Shown: positions 1-8,476, counted from the first letter of the stretch. The stretch: DNA of 64,000 nt from Actinomycetes bacterium (GCA_023461275.1 JAEYMI010000022.1:30829-94828), one strand, 5' to 3'. Notes: generated from the sequence alone by a model not told the origin. A program made the numbers and translations.

Positions 1-447
1 CTTGCGGCTGATGACGGTGCTGGCCTCGAAGCCCGCGACCTCGCCGTGGCCCATGCCCGGGTTCACGCCGTTGAATTCCAGAGCCAGCTCGACGGGCTTG
101 GTGACGCCCTTGAGGGTGAAGTCACCGGTCAGCACGTAGTCGTCGCCCTTGGGAGCCACCGAGGTGGAGACGAAGGTGGCGGTCGGGTACTTCTCGGCGT
201 CGAAGAAGTCGGCGGACTTGACGTGGCCGTCGCGCTGCTCGTTGCCGGTGGTCAGCGAGGTGACGTCGATCTCGGCGTTCACCGCGGGGGTGCCGTCTTC
301 GGCGACGGTGATGGTGCCGCTGAAGGTGTCGAACTTGCCGCGGACCTTGCTGACCATGAGGTGCTTGACGGAGAAGCCGACTGTCGAGTGGGCGGCGTCG
401 ATGGTCCAGGTGCCGGCGGCGATCGGGGCGGTGACTGCAGTGGTCAT
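1..447 (-). CDS. YceI-like protein (3' end runs off the window start)
   Basis: Reverse translation from ATG (445-447) reads MTTAVTAPIAAGTWTIDAAHSTVGFSVKHLMVSKVRGKFDTF..., a typical YceI N-terminus. It is absent from the ORF track because no stop lies inside the window. Confidence 0.75.
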   Translation of the reverse strand, partial: MTTAVTAPIAAGTWTIDAAHSTVGFSVKHLMVSKVRGKFDTFSGTITVAEDGTPAVNAEIDVTSLTTGNEQRDGHVKSADFFDAEKYPTATFVSTSVAPKGDDYVLTGDFTLKGVTKPVELALEFNGVNPGMGHGEVAGFEASTVISRK

Positions 448-543
448 GGAAGTACTCCTTGGAATGTTGTCTCGTCGTCGGCGGTGTCGTCGACGTAGGT
501 TCTTCGGGTCGCGTGGGCCCTTGCGACCCAACAGTACTCTAAA

Positions 544-557
544 CGGACCATGGTCCG
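544..557. repeat. Perfect 14-bp palindrome CGGACCATGGTCCG in the NUDIX/YceI intergenic region (function unknown)
   Basis: Read directly from the sequence. It lies between the NUDIX stop (595) and the yceI start (447). Confidence 0.3.
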
Positions 558-594
558 ATTGCATTCCCCGGGTTCCGAAATTTTTTTCCTAGAG

Positions 595-1197
595 TCAGCG
601 CCAGGCGAATACCGGCTGCTCAAGGTCGTCGACCCGGGTATTTCGTCGGCGCAAGACCACCTCGGTGAACTGATAGATGACCGCCGCGGTCGGTGCGTGG
701 ATCAGATCCCCGACGATCGGCAGCTGTATCACCGGGCGCTCGGATTGCGGGATGGTCAGGAATCGCGGTTCGACGAGGAGCTCGTCGAGGGTGACGAAGA
801 ACAGCCGCGCGACCTCGTCGGGGTTGGGGGTGGGCTCGGTGTCGTCGTCGGACCAGCAGACCACCGGCGTGATCACGAATCCCGAGCGTGTCGGATAGTC
901 GTCGAGGAGGCCGACGACCGCGTCCGGGCGCAGGGCGATGCCGATCTCCTCGTGCAGTTCGCGCAGCGCTGCGGTCGGCTCATTCTCGCCGTCGTCGAGA
1001 CGGCCGCCGGGCAGAGCGTACTGAGCGGCGTGGTGTCGCATCGTCGACGGTCGTTTCATCAGCCAGATGCCCTGGTTGCCGTCGCGTTCGGAGATCACCA
1101 CGGCCACCGCGGCGGCTCGGGCGTCGGCCTGCACGGCCCGACGTCGGGGGAAGGCGTCGAGTGCCGAGACGACGTCGGCGCGATCGATGCGGGTCAC
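595..1197 (-). CDS. NUDIX hydrolase (CoA pyrophosphatase-like)
   Basis: 200-aa ORF with Nudix box [24 protein letters not shown]. Its GTG start overlaps the upstream stop (GTGA). Confidence 0.85.
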   Translation of the reverse strand: MTRIDRADVVSALDAFPRRRAVQADARAAAVAVVISERDGNQGIWLMKRPSTMRHHAAQYALPGGRLDDGENEPTAALRELHEEIGIALRPDAVVGLLDDYPTRSGFVITPVVCWSDDDTEPTPNPDEVARLFFVTLDELLVEPRFLTIPQSERPVIQLPIVGDLIHAPTAAVIYQFTEVVLRRRNTRVDDLEQPVFAWR

Positions 1198-2084
1198 AAC
1201 CTCAGTTCATCACGTTGGGCGCTCCCGGTGGCCTGCGCGGCGGCGAGGTTGAGGTGATAGGAGATGACGGCGAGCGCAGACAGGCCCACCGCCAGGTTCC
1301 ACAGCGCGCCGAAACCTTCGAGCGCGAAGTCGACGAGCGCGTTGGACATGGTGAACACCAGTGCCGCGAGCCGCAAAGACCGCATCGGCCACAGCTTGGT
1401 GGTCCGACGTCGGGCGATCATGGCCGGCAGCGCCAACGCCGCGGTGATGATGCCGCTGACGAACAGGATCCACGCCGCCTTCTCGTTGCGGCTGATCTCG
1501 AGGTAGATCTCCACCTCGCCGAGATCGCGGTTGCGCAGTGCCCAACCGAGCGCCCCGATGACGACCGTGAGCAGCGAGCTCAGCGCCAGCATCCACCCGA
1601 AGAAGTTGGCCCACCACGGGCTGCGCAGGAATCCCGGGATCAGTGCCGCGCCACGGTGCCGCAAGGCCATCAGCCGGTCGGGGGTGTCGACGCTGGCGTC
1701 GAGCATGGTGGCGATGGTGGTGATGACCGTGGAATCGGCGCCGCGGTCGCCGGCGAAGGAAAGGAATTCATGCGCCTGTTGCCGACGACGCTTCGGAAGT
1801 CCGTGTGCCACACCGTCTGCGGCGATCGACGCGGCGTTGGCAAGCGCCTCGGCGACGGTCGGGGCACGGAAATCGCGAACGACACGGGCGATGATCAGGA
1901 TCAGCACGACGAGCAGATACATGATCTCCGCCGACGGCCCGTAGAAATAGTCGTTGTCCTTGGTGACGAACTTGCCGACCTCGTCGAGAAAGAGCCCGAA
2001 ACCGATGCCGCCCAACACAATTGAGGTGATGCGCATCGTCGGGCCGAGGAACAGCCAGCCGAAGACCAGCGCCAGCATCATCAA
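1194..2084 (-). CDS. Polytopic membrane protein, C-terminal reading frame. The N-terminal part appears to lie in another frame up to 2295 (frameshift near 2155-2165).
   Basis: 296-aa hydrophobic ORF. Upstream, the same frame reads [29 protein letters not shown] directly after a TGA. A second frame (GTG at 2295) supplies MTPRTTT...AAVEWFLIFAIGTILVTPR. Confidence 0.7.
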   Translation of the reverse strand: MMMLALVFGWLFLGPTMRITSIVLGGIGFGLFLDEVGKFVTKDNDYFYGPSAEIMYLLVVLILIIARVVRDFRAPTVAEALANAASIAADGVAHGLPKRRRQQAHEFLSFAGDRGADSTVITTIATMLDASVDTPDRLMALRHRGAALIPGFLRSPWWANFFGWMLALSSLLTVVIGALGWALRNRDLGEVEIYLEISRNEKAAWILFVSGIITAALALPAMIARRRTTKLWPMRSLRLAALVFTMSNALVDFALEGFGALWNLAVGLSALAVISYHLNLAAAQATGSAQRDELRL

Positions 2085-2377
2085 CGCGCCACCCCACAGC
2101 GCGTGCGCGATATGCAGAGTGCCGCCGCCGATCTGCGGGTAGCCGGTCAGCCGTAGGTAGGCGCGGGGTCACCAGGATGGTGCCGATCGCGAAGATGAGG
2201 AACCACTCGACGGCCGCGGTCCCGTGGATGCTGCGGATGACGACGGCGGTCGTGCGCGGGTGCGTCGTGGGTGGGGTCGTCGTGCGTGGGGTCACGTGTG
2301 GATTATGGATCGTGAATCGGACATTGTGCGTCGACTTCGTCGATCCCGGGGGTTGAGGCCTGAGGTCGGGGGCGGGC

Positions 2378-2430
2378 GCTGGTTCCCGCGAACATGACTA
2401 CGGTCGCGGGAAAGAGTTGAGGTCGCGGGA
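2378..2430. repeat. 53-bp direct repeat, copy 1 (contains TTCCCGCGA-N12-TCGCGGGAA hairpin)
   Basis: GCTGGTTCCCGCGAACATGACTACGGTCGCGGGAAAGAGTTGAGGTCGCGGGA. It differs at one base from the copy at 3045-3097. Confidence 0.9.
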
Positions 2431-2655
2431 ACCTTCTCGCTGCGCGTCGCGCGCAACAACGGGCAGGTTGTCGGGCGGGTTCCCCACCGCCTCGATGAAT
2501 GCATGACGTCTGAGGCAGCTATACCCGCGTCCACGTACAGATGAGGTGCCCGGTCCGACGGATTCGAGCGTCGGGGGAAGGCATTCGCAAGGTCCTCGAC
2601 CGCAATCAGCCACCGGCGTTAAAGCGAGAATAGAACGTGCCAGAAATCAATAGAA

Positions 2656-2690
2656 AGAGCCACCGGCCGAATACTTCGGTCGGTGGCTCT
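2656..2690. terminator. Bidirectional intrinsic terminator hairpin
   Basis: AGAGCCACCGGCCGAA-TAC-TTCGGTCGGTGGCTCT has a 16-bp stem with 1 mismatch. T-rich tracts follow on both strands. It sits just downstream of the 23-aa ORF. Confidence 0.7.
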
Positions 2691-2708
2691 TTTATTGTCG
2701 CTCTGCAA

Positions 2709-2780
2709 TCAGAGGCTTCCGATTCCGGTGAGGATGACGGTGAGGAACTCGTTGATGGCGGCGAAGATGTCATGAATCAT
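2709..2780 (-). CDS. 23-aa hydrophobic/acidic small peptide MIHDIFAAINEFLTVILTGIGSL
   Basis: ATG is preceded by GGAGGG at 7-12 nt. The stop is followed by the strong hairpin terminator. The ORF is embedded in a segment of about 40% GC. It is below the ORF-track size cutoff. Confidence 0.5.
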   Translation of the reverse strand: MIHDIFAAINEFLTVILTGIGSL

Positions 2781-2831
2781 GGTAATGCCCTCCGTGAGTT
2801 GATTTTTCGCGTGATGTAGTCGCGCGACCGC

Positions 2832-2837
2832 AGCCTA
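2832..2837 (-). promoter_or_regulatory. Candidate -10 hexamer TAGGCT for the small-peptide transcript
   Basis: The minus strand reads TGTTAGGCT about 50 nt upstream of the ATG at 2780. The same hexamer recurs as a putative -10 upstream of phoU and the GT2 genes. Confidence 0.3.
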
Positions 2838-3044
2838 ACAGAACGTCGAGAAAAGATCACTCCAGCCTTTACACCGCACGATATGGTTAATCGATCGTGA
2901 ATTTCGAGGGAATATCCACCTGCCATTGTTTCAACATTAATATCGGACATAGGTGACTAAATCACCCACGAACTGCGCACTACAGCGAGCTCGCGGGGGG
3001 TTCGCCGGCGTTCGCGATGGTCGGGCCATGTTCCCGCGACCTCA

Positions 3045-3097
3045 GCTGGTTCCCGCGAACATGACTACGGTCGCGGGAAAGAGTTGAGATCGCGGGA
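3045..3097. repeat. 53-bp direct repeat, copy 2
   Basis: GCTGGTTCCCGCGAACATGACTACGGTCGCGGGAAAGAGTTGAGATCGCGGGA. It is preceded by a partial copy (CATGTTCCCGCGACC, 3027-3041). Confidence 0.9.
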
Positions 3098-3137
3098 GTT
3101 TTCCCGGCGGCAGCTCGCAGGCGAACCCACAGCGCGA

Positions 3138-3731
3138 TCAACGCACTTCGATGGCCATCCGCAGCAATTCGGCAACCTGCTCGGCACGCTCGGGCGCCGA
3201 CGCCCGACCGGTCTGGACCATGGCGATCAACAACCCCAGCAAAATCGATTCCAGGGCACCTGCGACGCGATCGCGATCGATGTCCGTCCGCACCCGGCCG
3301 ATCTCCTGGCCCTTACGCAACGACACCTCGAGCTCGGATCGAAGTCTCGTGGACACCTCACCCGTCGCCAATCGCGGCAACAGTTCGGGTTCGTTGCCGC
3401 AGAGCACGCGCATCACCAACGGGTAGTCCACCATCCGGGTCGCGAATTCGGACATGATCGCCAGCCAGTAGCCGTCCCCTATCGGCTGCGCTTCGCCCGC
3501 GAACACGGCATCTGCGAGGAGCCCCGCCTGCCGGTCGTAGGCGGCGACGAAGAGCTGTTCCTTGTTCGCGAAGTGGAAGTAGACCGCGGATGGGCTGATC
3601 GATAGATCGCGAGCCACCGCCGATACGGACGTCTGGCGAAAGCCATGTTCGGCGAACGCAGCTGCTGCGGCGTCGAGAATCAGGTCGCGCGTCGACCCGC
3701 TCGCCCCCGCATCGGTTCGCCCGGTAGCCAT
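3138..3731 (-). CDS. TetR/AcrR family transcriptional regulator
   Basis: N-terminal HTH RDLILDAAAAAFAEHGFRQTSVSAVARDLSISPSAVYFHFANKEQL. The start is taken at MATGRTD; the ORF extends to a GTG at 3776. Confidence 0.85.
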   Translation of the reverse strand: MATGRTDAGASGSTRDLILDAAAAAFAEHGFRQTSVSAVARDLSISPSAVYFHFANKEQLFVAAYDRQAGLLADAVFAGEAQPIGDGYWLAIMSEFATRMVDYPLVMRVLCGNEPELLPRLATGEVSTRLRSELEVSLRKGQEIGRVRTDIDRDRVAGALESILLGLLIAMVQTGRASAPERAEQVAELLRMAIEVR

Positions 3732-3813
3732 CTGGCCAGCGTAACGGTGCAATGTCCGAATCACGGCGAGCCCCACGCTTGCACAACTGAACGATCTGCT
3801 GAATCATTCAGTC

Positions 3814-5040
3814 ATGCTTCATCGCCTTCGCGCGTCGTACCTGCTCAAGCCGCGCCTGCTCTTGGCGCCACTCGTCGCGATATCCGTCATCGCAGCGTCG
3901 ATAGTGCTGCCCGGCACCCTCGCCCAGGCCGAACCACGACTGCCCACCCTGCCCTTCGGGGCACCGCACGTCACGGTGAACGTCAACAAACCGGGCGCGC
4001 CCGGCTACGTCTTCTACACCACCGGAATCGCTGCGGCACTACCACTTCCGATCTCCGTCCCCGGTATCACGACAACCAACGACGCCGCCGTCATCGCCGA
4101 CAAGAGCGGTCGCGTCGTCTGGCGCTATGTTCCGCCCGCCGGTGACACCGTCGCGAACTTTCGCACCCAGATGTTCAACGGCCGCAAGGTGTTGACCTGG
4201 TGGCAGGGTGCCGGCGCCAACGGCCACGGCTCCGGTGTCGACTACATCGCCGATACTCGCGGACACGTGATCAAGACCCTGACACCGGGTAACGGGCTGG
4301 CGTCTGACGTGCACGAGTTCCGACTCACACCGGATGGCCGGGCCCTCATCACGTCGTACGTGCCGGTCACCGCAGACCTCACCTCAGTCGGCGGACCCAA
4401 GAACGGCACCATGCTCAATTGCGTTGCGTCCGTGATCGATGCGAACTCGGGCCGCGTCCTGATGCATTGGTCGGCGATGGATCACATCCCCGTCACCGAC
4501 ACGTCGATGCGGTACACGGGCCTGCCGGGTTTGGCGACCTTCGACCCGTTCCACATGAACTCCATCGCCCTCGACCCGTCGGGCAATCTGCTCATCTCGT
4601 TCCGAAACCTCAACGCGCTCTACAACATCGACGCGGTCAGCGGCGCTGTCAACTGGCGACTCGGCGGCAAACGCTCGACGATCCGCGTGGCACCGGGCGC
4701 CGAATTCTTCGGCCAGCACGACGCCGAATACGCGAATCCGACGACGATCCGCCTCTTCGACAACAACATCAATGTCAGCAACCAGCTCGGCGACTCCAGC
4801 ATCAAATGGATTCACATCGACCCGACGCACTCGGCCGCGACACTGGTCCGCAGCCAACGACACCCGGCCGGCCTGGCCACCGCAGCCATGGGCAACGCGC
4901 GGGCGCTTCCCAACGGCAACACCTTCGGCGGCTGGGGCACCTCGCCGCACATCTCCGAGTTCTCGCCGTCGGGTGAATTGATCTACGACGCAACGCTTCC
5001 CGTGGGCACCTACCGCGCCTACCTGGATACGCTGCCGTAA
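3814..5040 (+). CDS. Secreted arylsulfotransferase (ASST)-family beta-propeller protein
   Basis: 408 aa with a signal peptide (LVAISVIAASIVLPGTLAQA). ASST-like motifs include HEFRLTPDGRALI, FDPFHMNSI and FGQHDAE. Confidence 0.6.
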   Translation: MLHRLRASYLLKPRLLLAPLVAISVIAASIVLPGTLAQAEPRLPTLPFGAPHVTVNVNKPGAPGYVFYTTGIAAALPLPISVPGITTTNDAAVIADKSGRVVWRYVPPAGDTVANFRTQMFNGRKVLTWWQGAGANGHGSGVDYIADTRGHVIKTLTPGNGLASDVHEFRLTPDGRALITSYVPVTADLTSVGGPKNGTMLNCVASVIDANSGRVLMHWSAMDHIPVTDTSMRYTGLPGLATFDPFHMNSIALDPSGNLLISFRNLNALYNIDAVSGAVNWRLGGKRSTIRVAPGAEFFGQHDAEYANPTTIRLFDNNINVSNQLGDSSIKWIHIDPTHSAATLVRSQRHPAGLATAAMGNARALPNGNTFGGWGTSPHISEFSPSGELIYDATLPVGTYRAYLDTLP

Positions 5041-5077
5041 CCGTCCTGGCGTGGCGTGAATCCGGCGCCACAACGAG

Positions 5078-5104
5078 AAAAACCACCTGTCACCAGGTGG
5101 TTTT
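5078..5104. terminator. Bidirectional intrinsic terminator
   Basis: AAAAACCACCTG-TCAC-CAGGTGGTTTT lies between the ASST stop and the tRNA-Phe 3' end. Confidence 0.75.
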
Positions 5105-5111
5105 CTACAAG

Positions 5112-5185
5112 TGGCCAGAGTCGGGATCGAACCGACGACCTTCCGCTTTTCAGGCGGACGCTCGTACCAACTGAGCTACCTGGCC
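5112..5185 (-). tRNA. tRNA-Phe (GAA)
   Basis: GGCCAGGTAGCTCAGTTGGTACGAGCGTCCGCCTGAAAAGCGGAAGGTCGTCGGTTCGATCCCGACTCTGGCCA. The cloverleaf folds by hand, with anticodon loop CTGAAAA. Confidence 0.95.
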
Positions 5186-5232
5186 GGGAAGGTCCGGTGA
5201 CAATACCGGAACCCTTGGCAACAAACATGTTG

Positions 5233-5306
5233 CGACCCTGACGGGACTCGAACCCGCGACCTCCGCCGTGACAGGGCGGCGCGCTAACCAACTGCGCCAC
5301 AGGGCC
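5233..5306 (-). tRNA. tRNA-Asp (GTC)
   Basis: GGCCCTGTGGCGCAGTTGGTTAGCGCGCCGCCCTGTCACGGCGGAGGTCGCGGGTTCGAGTCCCGTCAGGGTCG, with anticodon loop CTGTCAC and discriminator G. Confidence 0.95.
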
Positions 5307-5342
5307 TTGTTCAGTTATCTGCCCCCACGTAGCGGGCAGGCG

Positions 5343-5415
5343 TACCCCCTACGGGATTCGAACCCGCGCTACCGCCTTGAAAGGGCGGCGTCCTAGGCCG
5401 CTAGACGAAGGGGGC
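5343..5415 (-). tRNA. tRNA-Glu (TTC)
   Basis: GCCCCCTTCGTCTAGCGGCCTAGGACGCCGCCCTTTCAAGGCGGTAGCGCGGGTTCGAATCCCGTAGGGGGTA, with anticodon loop CTTTCAA. Confidence 0.93.
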
Positions 5416-5689
5416 CGGTGTTCTCCGTTGGGAGCCGACTTAGCTTAGGACACGCCGTGAACAATACACAAATCGCTAGGTCAACGACCCTTTTGCGCAG
5501 GTGGGGAGGCGATCGGGCAGACGCGTGACGACCGGTCGCCAAGCTCGGAGCGCACCTGGCACTCACCGACATAGCTCCGACGACGCGGATCCGACGGCAC
5601 AGGTCCGACGCCGCGACGGGCCACCTCGCGTCGACGACCGTGCAACGGGTTGTAAACTTCATGGCGCTCCGCTCCACCGGAGCAACCCA

Positions 5690-5765
5690 GCCCCTTTAGC
5701 TCAGTTGGTAGAGCTACGGACTTTTAATCCGCAGGTCCTCGGTTCGAGCCCGAGAGGGGGCACCA
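5690..5765 (+). tRNA. tRNA-Lys (TTT), CCA encoded
   Basis: GCCCCTTTAGCTCAGTTGGTAGAGCTACGGACTTTTAATCCGCAGGTCCTCGGTTCGAGCCCGAGAGGGGGCACCA. Confidence 0.95.
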
Positions 5766-5766
5766 C
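5750..5766. repeat. attL-like 17-bp direct repeat (3' end of tRNA-Lys)
   Basis: CCGAGAGGGGGCACCAC; identical to 8477-8493. Confidence 0.85.
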
Positions 5767-5792
5767 AAACCGCCTGGCAACGGGCGGTTTTT
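5767..5792 (+). terminator. Intrinsic terminator after tRNA-Lys
   Basis: AAACCGCC-TGGCAAC-GGGCGGTTTTT. Confidence 0.6.
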
Positions 5793-5880
5793 GCGTTTGC
5801 GACCCCTGTTACACACGTAGCAACCCGGCATTGCCCCGGCACCCGGGGGGCGCCGCGCCGGGTTTGTCGGTATCGATCTC

Positions 5881-5886
5881 TAGGAT
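5881..5886 (+). promoter_or_regulatory. Candidate -10 (TAGGAT) giving a leaderless or near-leaderless transcript starting at ATG 5894
   Basis: A TAnnnT hexamer lies 7 nt upstream of ATG 5894. Confidence 0.3.
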
Positions 5887-5893
5887 GTACTTC

Positions 5894-6634
5894 ATGCCGT
5901 CTTCGCTGATCACGGACGCATTAGGGCAACCCGACGATGCGTCTCAAGAACCCGCACGCAACCCCGACACCTTGCCGTCCACCGCAGACCCGAGCGGCGA
6001 GTGCCCTCGGTGCGGACGAGTGAGTAATTTCCATGTGGGAGTGACACTCCCCCTCGTCTTGCGATCTTCGTCATTCAGTGATTCCCCATTCACACGCGAG
6101 CGCGGAGTTGAGCTTGTCTGTCAAGGCTGCGGCGACTCGACCATTGTGATCGAGGAATCGCCGGGCGGTCCCTTCAGCAGATTTCGGCCGACATTCTGGT
6201 ACCCGAAGCCAGGGCACCTGCAGGACACAACTGATGTGCCGGACCCGATTGCGGGAGCGTTCGACGAAGGCGCACGGTGCGTGAGTGTCGACGCCCCAAA
6301 TGCCGCAGTTGCTATGTTTCGCAACGCACTCGCTCAAATCGTGCAAGACAAAGGCAGCGAAGAAGCCAAGAAGAAGAACACTCTCAACGAGGCGGTACAG
6401 CAAATGGTGGCCGACCGCACTCTCCACGACGGCTTCAAGGAATGGGCAGACCACGTTCGAAAGGTCGGCAACGCGGGTGCACATCAAGAATCCTGGTCGG
6501 AGATACCGATCGACCAAGCTCAAGAATTGTGCGAGCTGGTCAAGCATCTGATCGACACGCTATACATCCAGCCTGGGCGGGTCAGTCGTGCGATGCCCGC
6601 CAGAAAGCGGTCTGCGACCGCTACCGGAGACTGA
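5894..6634 (+). CDS. Zn-ribbon plus DUF4145-domain protein
   Basis: Two CxxC pairs (CPRCGRVS ... CQGCGDS) are followed by DUF4145-like AAVAMFRNALAQIV...WADHVRKVGNAGAHQES...ELVKHLIDTLY. An alternative ATG lies at 5885. The 5501 ORF-track start is rejected because it overlaps tRNA-Lys. Confidence 0.7.
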   Translation: MPSSLITDALGQPDDASQEPARNPDTLPSTADPSGECPRCGRVSNFHVGVTLPLVLRSSSFSDSPFTRERGVELVCQGCGDSTIVIEESPGGPFSRFRPTFWYPKPGHLQDTTDVPDPIAGAFDEGARCVSVDAPNAAVAMFRNALAQIVQDKGSEEAKKKNTLNEAVQQMVADRTLHDGFKEWADHVRKVGNAGAHQESWSEIPIDQAQELCELVKHLIDTLYIQPGRVSRAMPARKRSATATGD

Positions 6635-6896
6635 CCACCGTGCGGCCCCGATCCGGATTCGGAACTGCCACAGGATGACCGAGCGGGGCGCTCTTACCGC
6701 CTTCGGCCTCGGAGATGTAGTCGGCGTAAACGTTCAGCGTCGTAACGAAACTCGCGTGCCCGAGCCATTTAGACACCTGCATGTAGTGCTCGCCCGCCGA
6801 CAAACTGTTCGCTGCGGAACTGCGGCGCAGGTCGCGCCAGCGGGACGCACTGTAAGCGACGTGCCGCAAGGACCGAGCAGAGCCACAGTCGGCCAG
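6621..6896 (-). pseudogene. Tyrosine recombinase/integrase, C-terminal remnant only
   Basis: SRWRDLRRSSAANSLSAGEHYMQVSKWLGHASFVTTLNVYADYI matches the HxLRH...LGH...Y catalytic C-terminus. The frame is closed by a stop at 6897-6899 and no N-terminal domain is present. Confidence 0.7.
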
Positions 6897-7107
6897 TTAT
6901 CGGAGCTGATGGGCTCGCTCCGCTTGCATGTGGCGGCGACCCCGTCAGCCTAGGCTTGGCGCCGGGCCCTCCTGCCGATGTTAAGCGCCTGCCGTTGGCC
7001 ATCGATCGGTCACATGCTCGCCGGGCCGGTCACGGCGTGTCCCGATAAGACTGGTATCCATCTGGCGGCGATGTGACCCTCCCATGCATCTCGCATCCAT
7101 GCCGCGA

Positions 7108-7113
7108 TAGTCT
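7108..7113 (+). promoter_or_regulatory. Candidate -10 (TAGTCT) for the two-gene cassette
   Basis: A TAnnnT hexamer lies 10 nt upstream of ATG 7124. Confidence 0.25.
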
Positions 7114-7123
7114 CCGAGACCTG

Positions 7124-7585
7124 ATGACTCCGAACCCTGGGAAGAAGCAACGCCGACTAGCGGACATGGGTGTTGAGCCCGCGAGGTTCAAGTTCGAGCG
7201 ACGCGACGAAGCCGAGCTGATTCTCGACTCTCCCATCCCACTTTCCCCAGAAGGTGACCACCTGCACCTGCGGCAGTGGTGCTACCGAGGGAAAATTGTC
7301 GACTTTGCCATCATGCAGTACCTCACCCCGTCGCATCCCGACAACTCGGGCTCGGATGGTAACTCAGATGTAGCACGAATAGATACGTCTCACAGCGAGG
7401 TGCACAAGCATCAGTACTTTCGGGACGGACGCGAGCAAGTCCGATCTGTGATCAAATCACTACAGGATGCCGATAGTCTGGAACATGCCGAGGAGATGAT
7501 AGATGCATGCTTCGACGCCTGTAACGATGACATGAGCGAGCACTGGGTCGACCATTTGGACACTTGGAGAGGGGATACGCCATGA
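7124..7585 (+). CDS. Hypothetical protein (islet cargo gene A; His-rich core ARIDTSHSEVHKHQY)
   Basis: The ORF-track frame is 7073-7585. The start is chosen at MTPNPGKK. The stop overlaps the next start (ATGA at 7582-7585). Confidence 0.6.
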   Translation: MTPNPGKKQRRLADMGVEPARFKFERRDEAELILDSPIPLSPEGDHLHLRQWCYRGKIVDFAIMQYLTPSHPDNSGSDGNSDVARIDTSHSEVHKHQYFRDGREQVRSVIKSLQDADSLEHAEEMIDACFDACNDDMSEHWVDHLDTWRGDTP

Positions 7586-8034
7586 GCGGTAACCACGACC
7601 GCATTCGCGGTCGCCTTGCCACCGTGCGGATCTTCACCGCCATGATGCGCAACGACAACTTCCGCCGATCCTTCGCCGAACGTTCCGGCTGGACCCCAAA
7701 CTCGCCAATTGTGCCGTGCGAGTCAAACACGCTGTTTGGCGAAGTGTATGAGATGGCCATACCTGCCCTCGATGAGTCCGGCGCCACCGTTGCAGCGATC
7801 CCAGTGCTGGCGATGACGCCACAGACGGACGACTCCGACGACAAACTAACACTGTCATTGACTGTTGTGAGTCTACGAAAGCACGTTAGCGGAGAAGCGA
7901 CCCCTGAGGATGCAATCGACATCGACAGCATCAGCCACGAGGTCACAATGGCACAGGTCTGTGAAACTCTTGCGCCAGCCAAGAAGTGGGACATATCTGA
8001 CTGCGTGGCGCCGACGTCAACGACCGGTGCCTGA
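7582..8034 (+). CDS. Hypothetical acidic protein (islet cargo gene B)
   Basis: Starts MSGNHDRIRGRLATV; the ORF-track frame is 7564-8034. It is translationally coupled to gene A by a 4-nt overlap. Confidence 0.6.
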   Translation: MSGNHDRIRGRLATVRIFTAMMRNDNFRRSFAERSGWTPNSPIVPCESNTLFGEVYEMAIPALDESGATVAAIPVLAMTPQTDDSDDKLTLSLTVVSLRKHVSGEATPEDAIDIDSISHEVTMAQVCETLAPAKKWDISDCVAPTSTTGA

Positions 8035-8113
8035 GCTCGTGTAGTTAGGGCGCGTCGCATCGTTCAGATCGTCTTCGAACCGGTCCGATACATGATGTTC
8101 AGTGTCATCGACG

Positions 8114-8147
8114 CCTGAACGCGCAGAACATCCGCTGCGCGTTCAGG
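8114..8147 (+). terminator. Perfect 13-bp stem-loop downstream of the cassette
   Basis: CCTGAACGCGCAG-AACATCCG-CTGCGCGTTCAGG lies 80 nt after the stop at 8034. There is no clear U-tract. Confidence 0.45.
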
Positions 8148-8476
8148 ACGCTCGCATCGCTGACGCGCCATAGGTCGTGCGGTGTGAACCTTCGAAGGAC
8201 AGCTCGAATCTATACGCGCCGATCGAACTAACCATGATATGCTGGCGTCTTTGACCCGTATCGGATTTTGACCTCGTTCGCTCGGGAACAGCAGTCCACC
8301 CTTTCAGCCCTGCCAAGTTCGCGACGTCGGTGCACCGATGCCTGAACATCCCACATCGACGTCTGATGGAATCCAACGCGGACGTCCATCCACCACAGCA
8401 GATGAACGTCAGGACCAGGATCAGCCCCCAATGATGTCGCCTGCAGCGTCAACGAGCGCTTCCGACCCGCGCGGTA

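Noticed and set aside
5501-5893. N-terminal 130 codons of ORF-track entry 5501-6634.
   Set aside because: This part reads straight through tRNA-Lys (5690-5765) and its terminator. The DUF4145 protein starts at ATG 5894 (or 5885), downstream of a -10-like hexamer.
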